A stretch of 62,235 bases of DNA, the filler included, from Choristocarpus tenellus KU-1152 (taxonomy: Eukaryota; Protista; Phaeophyceae): the NCBI GenBank assembly GCA_964200185.2. It is 10 parts of 10 records of this genome, joined end to end, with 100 filler letters (N's around TTAATTAATTAA, not from the genome) between each part and the next. Parts side by side here need not be neighbours in the genome. Positions count along the whole stretch, not along the records: positions 31,420 to 42,638 come from CAXNAD020002445.1; positions 42,739 to 45,872 come from CAXNAD020022085.1; positions 45,973 to 48,598 come from CAXNAD020026168.1; 7 more parts are not named here. The stretch is one strand, 5' to 3'. The translations under genes and the position numbers were made by a program. Of the stretch, positions 33,560 through 46,664 are shown one piece after another; position 1 is the stretch's first letter, and every line of letters begins with the position of its first letter. The notes beneath the pieces were generated by a model. It made no database searches, had not been told where the DNA came from, and saw only the letters and a program-made list of their open reading frames with translations.

Positions 33560-34700
33560 GGGGGTAAGTGGCAGCACTCGTACATCCTACCAAGAGGCTG
33601 GAGCATTTTGGGTAGTCTGTTGCCTCAAGTGCCACATTCTGTATATTGTCCTCTAACCCTTTCCCCCCAATCAATATTATGGCACAGTGCTATTTGATGG
33701 CATACTACCCCCTCCCCATACCTTCTGATGTCGGCCACCAAATTATGCTTACCTTTTCAGGGTTCTTGCCAGTGTTGCTTTCGACTGCGAAATCTGGATC
33801 TACTGCCCTCATATGGTCCTCAAGCATCCACACTGCTCTGTAGTACATATCTTCCCTCTTGTCTCTTATTGCTTCCTCAACCAGATCTATGCAGCTGCTC
33901 AGGTCCACATCTACTCCCATTGTGGGAGATAGATCAACTGCACACAAATGGAATGCAGACTTTGCTCCAAAAACGATTATGGGATAGGCAAAATAGCAGA
34001 AGCACTCAGTTGAGTATCCTTATTGTTTCCTCTACACGACTGTGAGCTTGTGTGACTCTTGATTCCTGGCAAAGAACAGAGGAGCTTGCTTTGCACCTTG
34101 AGAATGAGCTGTTGAGTTTCTGGTACCCAAATTGCGAAGGAAGTTTGTAGAGGGCTATTGGAGTAGGTGAAAAGGTTAAATCCAAATGACATACTGCAAA
34201 TCATCAACTTTGAACGACCACACTCTACTCTCGAGTGATGGGGGCAGTCAGAACTCATCACATGCAGGGTGGGGAATAATACAGAATACTGTAGAGCAAT
34301 TTGGCAATACTATGGAGCATTATGAAGTCTTTTTCCAAATCTTACAAGAGCTGCTATGGGGACGTTTCATCGGGTTACTTAGTGCTCAGAACAAGAGATT
34401 CTCAAACACATCCAAAGTACTATTTTCGATTCTACGGATTACAAACAGGCAAGGGTATGAGTGTAGCAATCACAAGGCATATTCTAGATGTTTTCTTGGA
34501 ATGTGTGATATCTGAGTCACTCCTGAACAAAGACACACGCCCTCACTCATCCACTGTTCTTGTTACCTCAAATGGAATACAGGATTCATTACACTGTGGG
34601 AGGTCAGCACTAGTCCTGGTTTGAAAAGGGTCGGCCCATTGAGTAAGTGTAGTGCAGGTGATGCCTTCTGGCACAATCAGAGGATAATCTTATCCCTGGA
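33560..34700 (-). mobile_element. Possible degenerate Mutator-like (MULE) transposase
   Basis: LEDHMRAVDPDFAV...VSIIWWPTS..M...YAIK.HCAIILI resembles the region leading into the MULE DDE domain; many stops. Confidence 0.4.
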
Positions 34701-35464
34701 ATTTTCTGAGCGCAAGTCGAGTTTTGATTGGCACATCTAGTAGCATATTTTCCACATGGAGGGTATGACCTCTGAGGTTTGCAGGGATCACAGCACTCAG
34801 AAACGTTTGGACCAGCACACAAACGGTGAGTGAACTTTATGCCATCTACTATGGAGATGTTACATGGAGAAAAATAATGTATTTTCCCAATGAAAAAAGT
34901 AGCAGAAACTGTAACAGTGCCCACATGTGAAAAATACATTTACGTGGAAAGTATTGGAGAGTATGTTGGTGCTAGCATATTGCAACGGTCTGTATCAGCA
35001 AGCATTTGGAGAATATATGAGCAATATGTGAGAATAACTTGACCATCCAAGAAGAAAATTGCATTCTTTGAAATATTCCTGAAATTACAACCAAGATTTT
35101 GATCAGACCTGATTAAAACATGGGCAAGCCTGCATGCATGGGTTTGGCTTTTCTTTCCGCCGGAATCCAGCAGAGCATCATCAACATCTATCTAAAGATG
35201 TTCTATGGAAAACACAGCTTCCACTGAAGTACTAGGATTACCAATACGAACAATAAATAGTATGTAGTTGTTAAGATGGAGGCCTTTGTGATTGAGAGCA
35301 CTAGTTTCCGCAAGAATTCCACGCGGACTTTCCTCAAAGAAAAAATAAATTGACGCATCACAATTTGAACCTTCCCACCCACTGTAGTACAAAAAAACGA
35401 TCTGATATTCTTTGAATTGTGTCTACTCTTGCGTGTAGAAGGAATTCGTTTTCTGGATTTCAGG

Positions 35465-38400
35465 TTAAAGTGCCAAATTGTGCATCCCTAGAAGTCTAAC
35501 TGAGTAAATGTCACACAGATTGTGCTTGCACAAAACCATAGATCTCATAAAGGTCGTGTACTTCATGTTTATCTGCAACAGTGAATGTGAACATTGCATG
35601 GATTGTCTGGCGCAATAAACCTTGACATTTCCCCTGCCCCCACCCACCTCCCACACATCGCCCTCAGAACTCCAGCGAGGCATCTTGAGCATTGGGCGTA
35701 GATCTGCCACATTCTCCACGAAAAACTCTAGCTGAAGTTCATTGGTCAGAAACTCGTTCTGGCCAGTCAGTTCCTCCCCCCCCTCACCTGCTGCCTTCCC
35801 ATTACCAGTATGAAAGAACTCAGCACGAGCCATAGAATGAGCAGAATGCTGTGAACCCCCTACACAGCCTGCCCATAAGTCTTCAACAATGGCAGGGTGG
35901 GGACAGCAACGCAACTCAGCCTGCAGGTGGTGATGACTTGATGGCTCTGTACACACTTTTTGCGATCGCAATCGCCCCACAGCAACCCACTCGTCGTGGT
36001 TGTCCATTTCAATACGGTCTGCACCAGCAATGCTCCCATCTCCATCGGGCCCACTGAAGCCTGTACCCTCGTAGATGCGCACGTGGCTGCAGTGTGGAGG
36101 GTACATGGGTAGAAGAGACCGAGATGCCCTAACCATATTGCTTTCTACCTTCCACCTCTGCGCTGTGATTCCGTCCACTGATACCTGGAGCTCACAACTT
36201 GCTTGAGGAGGGGCATGTGGTGGTGCCATCTTCCCCTTGTCTCCCTGTCCTTCTCTCTGACTCATTGCACCAATGCCAGAAAAGGCGATGTGTTGGGGAG
36301 TTGAGTGAGGGTCGATCTCATGCCTTTCAATGTTACCATTTGTATTAGCTGAGCTTCCCACAGTAGTCCGCAAATGCTCATCATCTGTACCACCTGGCGT
36401 CTCAGGGGTGTGTGCATAAGAGAGAGCGATAGATGCTGCACGCTGGTCCTTTAAATCCACTTCGAAAAACATGGCAATCACTTGTCCTTGTTGCCTGCTC
36501 CCATTCTTGGGGTGTACAAGCCTGACCGTTGGGGTGGGCATGGGATCTAGCAGGGCAAGCAGTGACTCAATCAATGGGGGAGGGTTACTTGAGGATGCTC
36601 CTCTTCCCCATCTGTCCTTTGCCGCCAGAGCCTTAAGTGCAGGCAGAAGTTGTAGGAGAGCTCTCTGATGCCCAAGAAAGGCCAAGAGGGTGCTGCAGAT
36701 CGAAGGATCAAGATAAACTTCACCACTTATATCAAAGCATGCCTGAGTTGTCTTGAGCCAAGGAATCTCATTGAGTCCAACCCTGACAAGTGAATTGGGT
36801 GTTCAGAGAAGCAAGGACGCAGGATGTGTTGGTGTTCTTTTTTTTATTGATGAGAGAAGTGAATGGTATTGTGCAATCTCAGCAATTCCAAATAATTATT
36901 TTGCACCTTTTCTTATTGGGGTGGTGGTTCATAAAGTTTGACTGTCTCCTTGATATTTTGGCTGCTCATTGGTAGGTTGGAATATATCAAGAATGCTTGT
37001 TGTGGTGCCAATCACTCAGCACCAGGAATGGTCACCCTTTGACTATAACCAAACATTATCGATCAAGATAGTTCTTAGTTTGACCAATAGTGTGCCCTAA
37101 TGTTGTTGCAATGTCACGCACCGCACATGCAGGTTTTTATCATATTGCTCTTCCTTGAGTGTACCGGCAATGTATTGATCCACTGTGCTCAAAGCCTGAT
37201 TAATATCTTCTCTGCAATGATCCTCGGACAAGGTCTCCATGACATGGTTCAAAGGTTCATTGTTATTGCCCTTGCAAAGAACCTTTGGAAGCCACTCCAA
37301 AAGGCTGACACGTTCAAGCACCTGCTTTAATTCTCCCACTGATTGCGGCATGGCTTGTGCTGGAGACAGCACCTGTACAAGTGTAATACATACATTGGGA
37401 CATGGGAAGTATGTCTTAGCCGACACAACAACATCTGGCTTCGATGGTACATACGTCGGACTACCCCAACAAAGGATAGTCGAATCAACCTCGAAACGTC
37501 AAGAAAGCAAATAAAGGAAGCAGCATAGGAACAGTGCAGGAATAGTGCAGGAATAGCCAACAGAAAATAAGCCTATCTAGGAATCCGAAGATTGACGTGG
37601 CAAAGATATAAAACGGTCCAGACATCTGCCGCACAACAGCAAGCTGAAATATAATCCTACCAGGACAGATACTCCGAGTAGCAGTTGACACTGAAAGAAG
37701 CCAAGAGATTCAGCCCACAGTTTGAACATCTGGATTTCAATTCTCGTCCATGATTATAAGGACTACAAGTAGGAAAATGCACAGAATCAAGCCACTACAA
37801 CATTTCCCTTTCCCATGTGTGAGGTCAAGTAGTCGTGCATTTCGTTTCATCACGTTCACGTCCTCAAATGCCAGTGTGTTGAGAGCAAGAGGGAGAGATG
37901 TACACTTCTATCGCTGCGATAGAAATAAAGATACCAGGGCAATTAATCTACGGTTCGGACACAGCTGAGGCAACTGATCTGTCAAGGAACGAAACTGCTA
38001 ATAGTTGACGGATCCACATCTTCGAAGTGGCTAAAGTCGTACTCATTACATCACCTCGTCGACTGCGACGTAGTTGCATACTGCAGTCCAGGGCGGATAA
38101 CGAACGAGGTTGCACGTAAAACCATCATCATGTAGAGCATTTAGCACTTCGGTCCTGTAGTCGTGCATGGACGGGGGGGATCCAATCAAAGGGAGAGCAT
38201 TCCAGGAGAATCCAAATCCAAGTCGCCTCTTCCTCCGCTCGCCTCCCACTGTGGATGCATCACCTCCTCCACCCTGGAGATTGGCTGCAACAATCTACGT
38301 CACGAAAACAAGACCGTACATGACAATGTCAATCTCATGTTGAGTTCGGCTTCTGATCGATGTATTGATCTGCGAACCTGTTGTCCCCTCTGCGGAAAAT

Positions 38401-38604
38401 CCATCCCACATCATCCTGGAGATATCTACCTGTCCAAGTAGCTGGAGAGTAAATAAGGCACGAAGGGCTGCGCAACCTCGTATCATCATATCTCTGCGAT
38501 GTATTACCCAGTACTACCCTAGGTAGGACCCAATAACATTCACGAATCCTTGAATTCAGCGATTGAGGTGCTGAAACCTCCAAGAATGTAAGATGGATTC
38601 TCAT
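35465..38604 (-). CDS. Multi-exon gene of unknown function
   Basis: Phase-consistent GT-AG exons 38604-38578, 38429-38378 and 38284-38055. Further likely exons near 37372-37127 and a ~1-kb open exon inside the 406-aa ORF 36685-35465 (possible donor near 35647). No family recognised. Confidence 0.6.
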
Positions 38605-38956
38605 CTCCTGGTAACGACTACGTAGCGCTACGTAGCAGCATGAGATGGAGAAAAGAGAAAAGTGTAGTTGGAAAATGAAACCCTCAAAACAACACAACCT
38701 ATCCTTTGTTTCTGTACAGGAATGACGTATACGCGTTTTGTTTTGCTGTTTGGTTTTGCTTTTGGGTGAAAATCTGAGCGGGAAAAGAGAATTGGACAAA
38801 TTTGACTGAAGAGAGTTATACGATAGATTTCATTTCGATTATGCTGACGACGCCTTGATTTGTACAAGACCTCCCAATATCACCATCGCACCACTCCACC
38901 GTAACGTCTAACCCTCGAAAGTCAATACCGGTACAAGATTCTTGGAACACTGAATC

Positions 38957-40568
38957 ATGGCTTTTGGGGATGCGTTCACGGGCATAGGCTTCGAGCTGAA
39001 TGCTGCGGTGTCATGGGTACTGAAGAGACTGAAGAAAACGTGCGGTTCAAAGACGGCGGCTGCTCATTTGAAGTCGTATCAAGCGGTTCCCATCGCCTAT
39101 GCGGCAAGGTCCGGGAAGGAATGCTCAAGCACAATTTCACGGAATTCGAGACATGCCTTGGCAACGCAAGCGTACATGAAAGTGGTGGTCTCTGGATTCT
39201 TGAAGTGGTTAGGAGAGAAAGCCCAATACTTGACCCCCCCGACTCTTACGAAGGAAGTGTTGGAGCAGACAACGTTGGGAACCGAGAAGAAGACCATTCC
39301 GAAGACATTCCCAAGTACGAACACTTCGATATGGTCCAGGTGGACTAAGGCGCAGAGAGTTGTCACCAACGTGTACATCCCCCTCTGGCTGACGTGAGTA
39401 TGACATCAGAAGTTGCCTGAGCTCCTGCTGTATTGCATTTCACTTTCGTAGGTTACACACCTGAAATTCCGTATTCACAACACTCAATGGCGAGTATCTT
39501 AACATACACACATCCAACACTTTTCTTTCTTCCCAGCCTTGTTCCCGGAGGAAAGTTGCGGTCTGGGTAGAAGGAGACGGACTGCCTGCAGAACCTGTGC
39601 AACCTGTTGTGGGAGGAACAGGAGAAATAGAGGATTACAGAGAGTACCATCGACCTTGTTGGAGGGGGGGAGGACGAAGGCGAATCTCCAGCGGTGACTG
39701 AGGCTAAAGTGACGGAGTCTGATTCAGGATGTCCCACTTCCAGTACTGCTAGCGCCGCCCCAGAAAGGTCCAGCGACGAACTACCCTCTCCTGGATCAGG
39801 GGGGAGACCTTTGCCCCAGGTTTCCCCATTCCCCCCCCCTCCAAAAAAAATGCCAGATGGTTGGGTCCCTCCATATCTTCTCCTGTTTGCAGTGTATGGA
39901 CCCCCGTCCAATGATGTGCTCAAAGACTTTGACACGAGTATGAGTGAGGGACCCCCACAAGAAGGGTCCACATCCTGTGACTTCAGTGAGGATAGGGGAC
40001 CAGTGGAGTCCTCTTCAATGGAGGGTGTGAAGGCAATGAGGAGGTTCAGGCTAGCAGCAAACCCAGGTTCGAGGAGCCGACAGCAGTTACGGAGGGCTGC
40101 TGAGGAGGACATGAAGTTGGAAGCAGAGTCAAGGAAAAGAGTAGTATGGATTACCACATTATTAGTGCCCTCGTATCCACATTGGATGATGCGACTGGAG
40201 ATATGAGGAGACACATAGACATCATGACAGAAAAGGCTATGCCAGGGAAGATAAGCACAAATTTGACAGAATGCTCAAGAGTGCTAAGCAAGCTTGGCGG
40301 ACTTTTGATAAGAGTGGTTGGTGAAACTGTCCAGGTAGAGATATGTAGGAAACGATATGAGCAACTGGTGGCAGTGAGGCTGGACGAGAATATCAGTGGT
40401 GCTGGGGTGATGTTGGGAAGTGATGGGACAGTGGTGAAGGGGGACTCAGGAGATTTGGAGCCAGATAGTGGTAAAGAGGAGGTTGACTTGGGGGCTTTAG
40501 GGACAAGCAGTGGCGAAGGGGGTTTGACACTGAGCTGTCAGTGTAGTGCTCAGAGTAGTGTTTTATAG
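38957..40568 (+). pseudogene. Harbinger-associated DNA-binding (Myb/NAM-like) gene remnant
   Basis: Exon 38957-39393 splices in frame to 39537 onward (IWSRW..VYIPLW..GKLRSG..D.L; MPDGWVPPYLLLFAVYGPP). Two in-frame TAGs and a frameshift; convergent with the Harbinger transposase. Confidence 0.55.
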
Positions 40569-41049
40569 TGGTGCCATTCACGTAGGTGTACCATCACCAC
40601 ACTGGACGGCATTAACGAATTTTGTTTAAATTTGAGGTAATTTTTTATTCTGTGAAATTTATTTTTGTGTGAAGTCCTCTTATCTTGAGCTTCTGATGCA
40701 TAACCTAAGCTGTTAATCCTAACCTTGTATCATGACCTCGAGCAAGGTTAAAGTAACGATGATGGTGATCCCAGCGCTCTTCAGAAGGTTGGTTAGGGTA
40801 TAATATTATCCACTACTCAGAATGAAGTGAGCTGCTCTTGTCCGCGAGGACAATCTTTACCTAAATATATTGTCAACAATCAGTGGCAAATATTTCTTCC
40901 TTTTGACTGTTCACTCTCAATCACTCTCTACATTGGACAGACAAATTACTCTTTGTCCCGTATTACGTCTTCCTACCTCTTCTTGTATGTACTTCACAAA
41001 AGTAAAATACCGATTGTATCGTTCACTATCACATATAGTGTCACTAGCG

Positions 41050-42638
41050 CAAAATGCAAAGCACTGCTTGACAAGCAAGATCCCATCATCAGGACCTCGA
41101 AATAACCGCTCCATTTTATTCCTTGTACTTGTAGTGTGCTATGGGCCTATTCCTAAGCTCATCAAATCTCATCTCCCTCTCCACATACTCTTCAGATCCC
41201 CCTCCCCCCTGATCCCTTGGCATGCCCATCCGTGTGAAATCAGTGTAAGGGTGACTGTAGAAGGCATCATACAGACCAGCATCCCCTGCCCAATCAGTGG
41301 TGCCCTCCAACTCTCCAAGGCCATCATGTGAATGAAGCATATTTTGCAATATGCAGCAAGTGAAAAACATGTTATCTATTTTCTTCCAGTGCGAATATAG
41401 TAGTGGCAGCTAGAGGATTCTGAAGCGGCCCTTGACTCTGCCAAAAAAGCACTCGACATCCTTGCGTACACTCTCCACTCATTCGCTCCACCTTGTCTGT
41501 GCCTGTGTGACAGATGCCCTCAGGGGGCATATTATGCACCTCCACTGCAAATGCAAAGATTGGGTTGGGCAAGGGAAAGTTGACTTGCTAGTTTAATGAG
41601 CACTCATTTTCACAGGAGCTAACTCTAACATAGGCATGGCCGTACAGTCTCGTATTCCCCGTCACCTTGTGGTTGCCCCCATCAACAAGGACATAAGCCC
41701 CTTTCTCGGTGTAGCAGTTCCCGACGGAGCCCTTGACGTTGTACTCCAGCCGTCTGTATATGGGATCATCCCTAAGTTTCGGGATTGCACCATCATATTG
41801 AATGATTGTCTTATCGTTTTTGGCTCCAGGAAACCCAGCAGTTACTCCCCGTGCAAATCCAGTATGGTCAACAGTCACTTCATGGGCGACCGTCGTGTAT
41901 CCCTCCTTACCGATGTAATATGGGGCATCACTAAAGGGCGCCCTCACCCACCACACATGTGTCACATCAGTGGAACCCCCAGCACCAGGAAACCCCACAG
42001 CTCAATACATGTGCATGACCTCCCCAAAATCTTCGCCCTCTGGTAGAAAAATCCAACTCGAGTAAATATCACGCGCAAAACACTCACAGAAGCGGTGAAA
42101 CGTGGTTTGTGCTGTGCTCTCAAAGTTTCCCGATATCATCAAAGCAGTTTGCCCTGGCGAGAATTTGGAGGGCCGATAGCACCTGCAGGCGGCAAGTCAC
42201 ATCCAGTACTGTCAAAACAAAGGACGGTTGAATCTACTAGCCCTATCGAGGTAGCCCTGTCACAGACAAACGCAACTGAGTTAAAGTATCTTAGAGGGTG
42301 GAGCCGCGTCTATTTGGGGGCCAAAATCCAATGTTGCAATTTCGATGTAATTTTGGCTATCATGTTTGTTTAGGAGATGTCAATATCCTTGTTCCGGACA
42401 CACCTTTTCATAACGTATACATTTTACCTACTCCTAAACATTTTGGAGTAGATAAAATGTCAATAAAACCCTGTGGGAAGCCAAGCCCCAAGTGGACAGA
42501 CAGGGAAAAACTCGTACCCTCTAAGATAATCTCACTCTACTGGTGGGTACGCTCACCTTCAGCTTCACGGGTATGCAAGGGCGACTGGTGGCATCTGCAC
42601 TTCGACAACCAAGCCACCCTTGCCTTTGTACCTCCTTT
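41050..42638 (-). mobile_element. PIF/Harbinger transposase pseudogene with introns
   Basis: DATSRPCIPVKLK|VLSALQIL, FHRFC, GFPGAGGSTDVTHV, GKEGY, FPGAKNDKTI, LVDGG, ESVRKDVECFFGRVKGRFRIL, FTCCILQNML; contains stops and a frameshift. Confidence 0.9.
42278..42537. mobile_element. MITE R1 copy b (inverted), inside a Harbinger transposase intron
   Basis: GAGTTAAAGTATCTTAGAGGGT ... ACCCTCTAAGATAATCTCACTC; flanks AACT/TACT. Confidence 0.85.
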
Positions 42639-42738
42639 NNNNNNNNNNNNNNNNNNNNNNNNNNNNNNNNNNNNNNNNNNNNTTAATTAATTAANNNNNN
42701 NNNNNNNNNNNNNNNNNNNNNNNNNNNNNNNNNNNNNN
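42639..42738. other. Artificial contig linker 5
   Basis: N44-TTAATTAATTAA-N44. Confidence 0.98.
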
Positions 42739-43073
42739 AAACAATCCCGCCACCCCTCCTTCCCCAATTGCACAAAAAATAACAACCCCCCCCCCCCCCC
42801 CTCCACCGTTCTCAGGATTCTTGAAATGCAACCCTGTCTACCCCTCTCAGTTGGTTCGACTCTAACCCAAGTATCAACAAATCACCACCCCTCCACACCA
42901 ACCCATCTTCTCCAAGAAAACCCTTGAAATAACACAGCCAACAAATCACATTACAGAGTCGGTTGAAACAACTACCAATCGTAGCCACCTACCAGCCTGT
43001 CTGACCAGAACAATACAAGGACAACAATATCTCTTGCCCACAGAGGGATTTCAGACCGTCTCTAACCACATGC

Positions 43074-45600
43074 CTGTTGGTGATGAACTCCAGTGTTGCA
43101 CCAAACTGCTTGTAGTTGTTGGCTATCCATTCCACCAACGACTGCTTGTCTACCACCTCTAGCTCCACCCCAGTCACCAGGTCGTGAAAGTGGGTGTCAT
43201 TATTCTCCTATACACCAATAAAAGGGGGGCAGAGTTCACAGGGAGTGGAACCATCCAAGAAAGAAATGAGTTGATTTCGGCCTCTCTGAGTTGGTAAAAG
43301 ACTCTCTTCAACCTTGTACAGTGTAACCTATCCATACATACACGCCTGGCATGTGGTGATACAAAACAAATTGTTACACGAAAGAGTTCTCCATGGTACT
43401 CAAGGCACAAACACTAGAAGAAGCCAGTCAAGCCAGTCAGAGGGGCCCCTTAAACTCAGTGACACCCCCCTCAGATGGTACCATCCAGGACATGTCACAC
43501 CCACACCACAGACCAACAGTGAAAGCAGAGAGGGTGGAACAATTACAATGAGGTGGGGGGGATATCACCACCACACCAAGAGAAATAATGAAGTTAGTTC
43601 TCCATGTGCAAGGAGCTCAGATCAACATCAGTGGACACACAAACCCTTGGCCTACTTATCTAGAATTTTCAGGAGGATGTTAAATAACTAACCTGTTCTG
43701 GTGTAAGGTGGAGCACCTTCTCTTCCCCTGTGCTATTGTTCCGAACCTCCAGTCTGTACAGATAGGATAGGGAGGGGGGGATAGAAGCACCAATAACTGA
43801 ATTTAAAAACAGAAGTATCAAAAACAGTACCTATAAAATGATGTCCTAAACTTGAACGCATACAGAAGTTAGTGGGAGCCCTCCCGAGAAATCAAGGGTG
43901 TGGAGTAACCTCAACCACAGCAATTTCAGCCTCTATCATTGCCCTTGTGTTGTGCCAAAATACCCTACAACCTCACGGAGAATTGTTTTCAGCAAAGCCT
44001 CAAATGGCTCTCAATGCAAAAACATGCCTGTTGGGGGTGTGAGATAAAGATCACACCATTAGAGGCAGGAGATACAACCGCCTGCCTCTTCGCTTCCCAA
44101 CACATCCCCAACACCCTTACCTACACAGCCACACAGATAATAGAGTGCACCATTCCACGCAGATGTCACTCATACCTAACAATGGCAATTGTACATCATA
44201 CACTCCACAACAGAAAACTCATGCAGAGGCAGGTGTACAGGTAGGGGAGAGAGACAAGGCACTCGCCCAGGCACACCGCATAAAGGATAACTCACGCTGG
44301 AGCACTAGAAGCAGTCAACTACTAACCAGGTCGTGCCTCTAAGGAGCACCATCTGTACACACCAGGGGATTGTAAAAACTAAAAACCTGTGACGCGTTGG
44401 GTACGAGATTGGATTCAACAGCAGCCACAGTGACAAGAAAGCGCAGTGTACACATGGTCTCACTCACCTGTTAACATCAAGATTGTCCCACACAATCAGC
44501 GTCTCTACAGCACCCAGATCAAGTCCCTTGAGGGTGTCATCCACCATGAAGCAGTACTTGCCCGTATCCTGGTTGATCTCATCGAAGTATTTCTGGAGCA
44601 GGCGTTTCTCCTGAAGCGTACACACAGGGGATGGGGAAACAGTTGACCTACTCGTAGTGTTAGGGGTGCAGGGTGAGAGTCACCACAACAGTTACACTCA
44701 ATGCACGCCACCATCTTGCCCTTTCAATCCTAACCCTAGGTTGGATAAACTCAATGCCTTTACCACTATCTACTCCTTCGACACCAGAACTCGCCTCAAC
44801 CTCCCCATGTTGACACGCCTCCGTAAGAACTCCTTACAAAACCCATTGAACATATGCGTTCATTCCACTACATATAAAAGATTGACCATGGAATTATCTT
44901 GTATTCAACCTTCATCCTCCAAGCGCAGCGACATGCTACCCAAATGAACAAACTTTTTTTTTTTTCTAATTGCACACACAAACATGCCACAGTCCATTGA
45001 AACCCTGTGGATTGGAGCTGTGCTGTTGAGCTAGCAATAGACCTCAACATCAGCAGCTCCAGTCTGTCAAATGAATCATCTGTGAAGCTCTAACCAATCT
45101 CTTGTTCATTTCACCTCACCTACATGCTGACCCAGTCAAGAAAAGAATACACCAAATCTTCAGGTCGTCATTGGTACTCCTCTACTGAAAGCATAGACAA
45201 AGCACACCATTCAGGACAGACTAAGAAAACACACACACACATTTTTGACTTCCCCCCTAACAAAAAACAAAAACTTAGGTAAAAAACAATACCAGTACCA
45301 ATCCAGCGTCCATCCACATCACACCAAAGAAAAACACCTCCTAAAATACAAATAGTACTACTACCTTAGCACAATTCTACCCTCTGTAACAAAATCCCCT
45401 CACCAAGTCAGATACAAAGCCTCAACTCAATGCTTCCCCAGTTCCTACAACCCCAATGCCCATACCTGGACCAGCTTCACAGACCCCAACGTCTCAGCCG
45501 ACAGCTCAATGGCCTGGTTGAACCCAGCCTCCCCCCCATAGCTCACATCAACCATCTTGATTACCATCTTCAGTAGTCGAGGGTCGAACAGATCACTCCC
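43074..45600 (-). CDS. eRF1: Eukaryotic peptide chain release factor 1, internal part (4 exons)
   Basis: Exons 45600-45466 ([26 protein letters not shown]), 44610-44468 ([31 protein letters not shown]), 43753-43693, 43207-43074 ([22 protein letters not shown]). Confidence 0.96.
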
Positions 45601-45814
45601 CTATAAAAAAAGACAAGAACCCCAACAAGATGCAAGGGAGCACAAACAGTGGCAGGGACACCCCCCAAACACACGGCAATGCGAGTTTTATGATTGGTGA
45701 GGTAGGCGACAGACTAGGTAGAAAGGTTTCCCTTTTGTGCTCCAGCTCATCACTTAAGACTCTTGCCGGAATAAACTCCTCTGGGTGTGTAAAGCACTCT
45801 CCAAGTTTGCTCTA

Positions 45815-45872
45815 GGGTCAACGTATCTGGGGCGGGGGGGCGGGGAGGCGGGGAGGGGGGGTGTCGGCGTCG
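45815..45872. mobile_element. Start of an R2-like MITE at the contig end
   Basis: GGGTCAACGTATCTGGGG followed by a G-rich tract. Confidence 0.5.
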
Positions 45873-45972
45873 NNNNNNNNNNNNNNNNNNNNNNNNNNNN
45901 NNNNNNNNNNNNNNNNTTAATTAATTAANNNNNNNNNNNNNNNNNNNNNNNNNNNNNNNNNNNNNNNNNNNN
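45873..45972. other. Artificial contig linker 6
   Basis: N44-TTAATTAATTAA-N44. Confidence 0.98.
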
Positions 45973-46024
45973 CCACAAATGGACAAACAGGGAAAAATTC
46001 ATACCCTCTAAGATAGTTTCACTC
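45973..46024. mobile_element. Terminus of an R1 MITE at the contig start
   Basis: TGGACAAACAGGGAAAAA..TACCCTCTAAGATAGTTTCACTC matches 42490-42537. Confidence 0.75.
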
Positions 46025-46664
46025 TAAGTTGTGAAATGTTATATTAAAGGTGTCAGTGGCTGTTGCAGACTGGGAGAACAAAATGCCACTGATTCGGATG
46101 TCAGGATTGGACGTTATGGGAGGAATCTATGTTGGTTAGAGGGGATGTAAGGGGATATGTGATATCTGTATCTGTATATGGAAAGGGTGGAATGATTCAT
46201 GTGGGGCATTGTTCCCCTAGAAGCAATAAGAAGCGTTAATCGCCTTGTCTGTCCGTGGCATGTGAATAGTTGGCACTCCATCAACGAAGATAGCACTCAG
46301 CACCTCGAAGTCTTCAGTGACAAAGACGACCTCATCTCCATCACTGAGCATCCCTCCGTAGCTGGAGTCGTGTCTGGCGTTCCATTGAATCGTGTCCTTG
46401 CGGTGGACAGTGTTCCTGTGAGCGGAACATGTCGATGTATAGAAGTTTTGTATACGTGTTACGGTGCTGTCTGCCGTCCCTGTCCGCCCAATCCTAAGGT
46501 TTGTGGTGATTGTGCATATAAGGGGAGGGGCGGTAGGTGTTGGAGTTAGTGTCGGCACCGAGGCAGTGTGCTGTCTGATTCTATGTGATTTTGTTTTCTT
46601 TGTAGTGATAAGTGATACCTATCGCTGTAATGAGTGTTTGGTAACGGCGGATGGCAGTGTGTGA

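Noticed and set aside
39453-40214. 253-aa minus-strand ORF, and similar ORFs at 516-1070, 48869-49411 and 51667-52230
   Set aside because: Antisense shadows of opposite-strand coding or transposon sequence.
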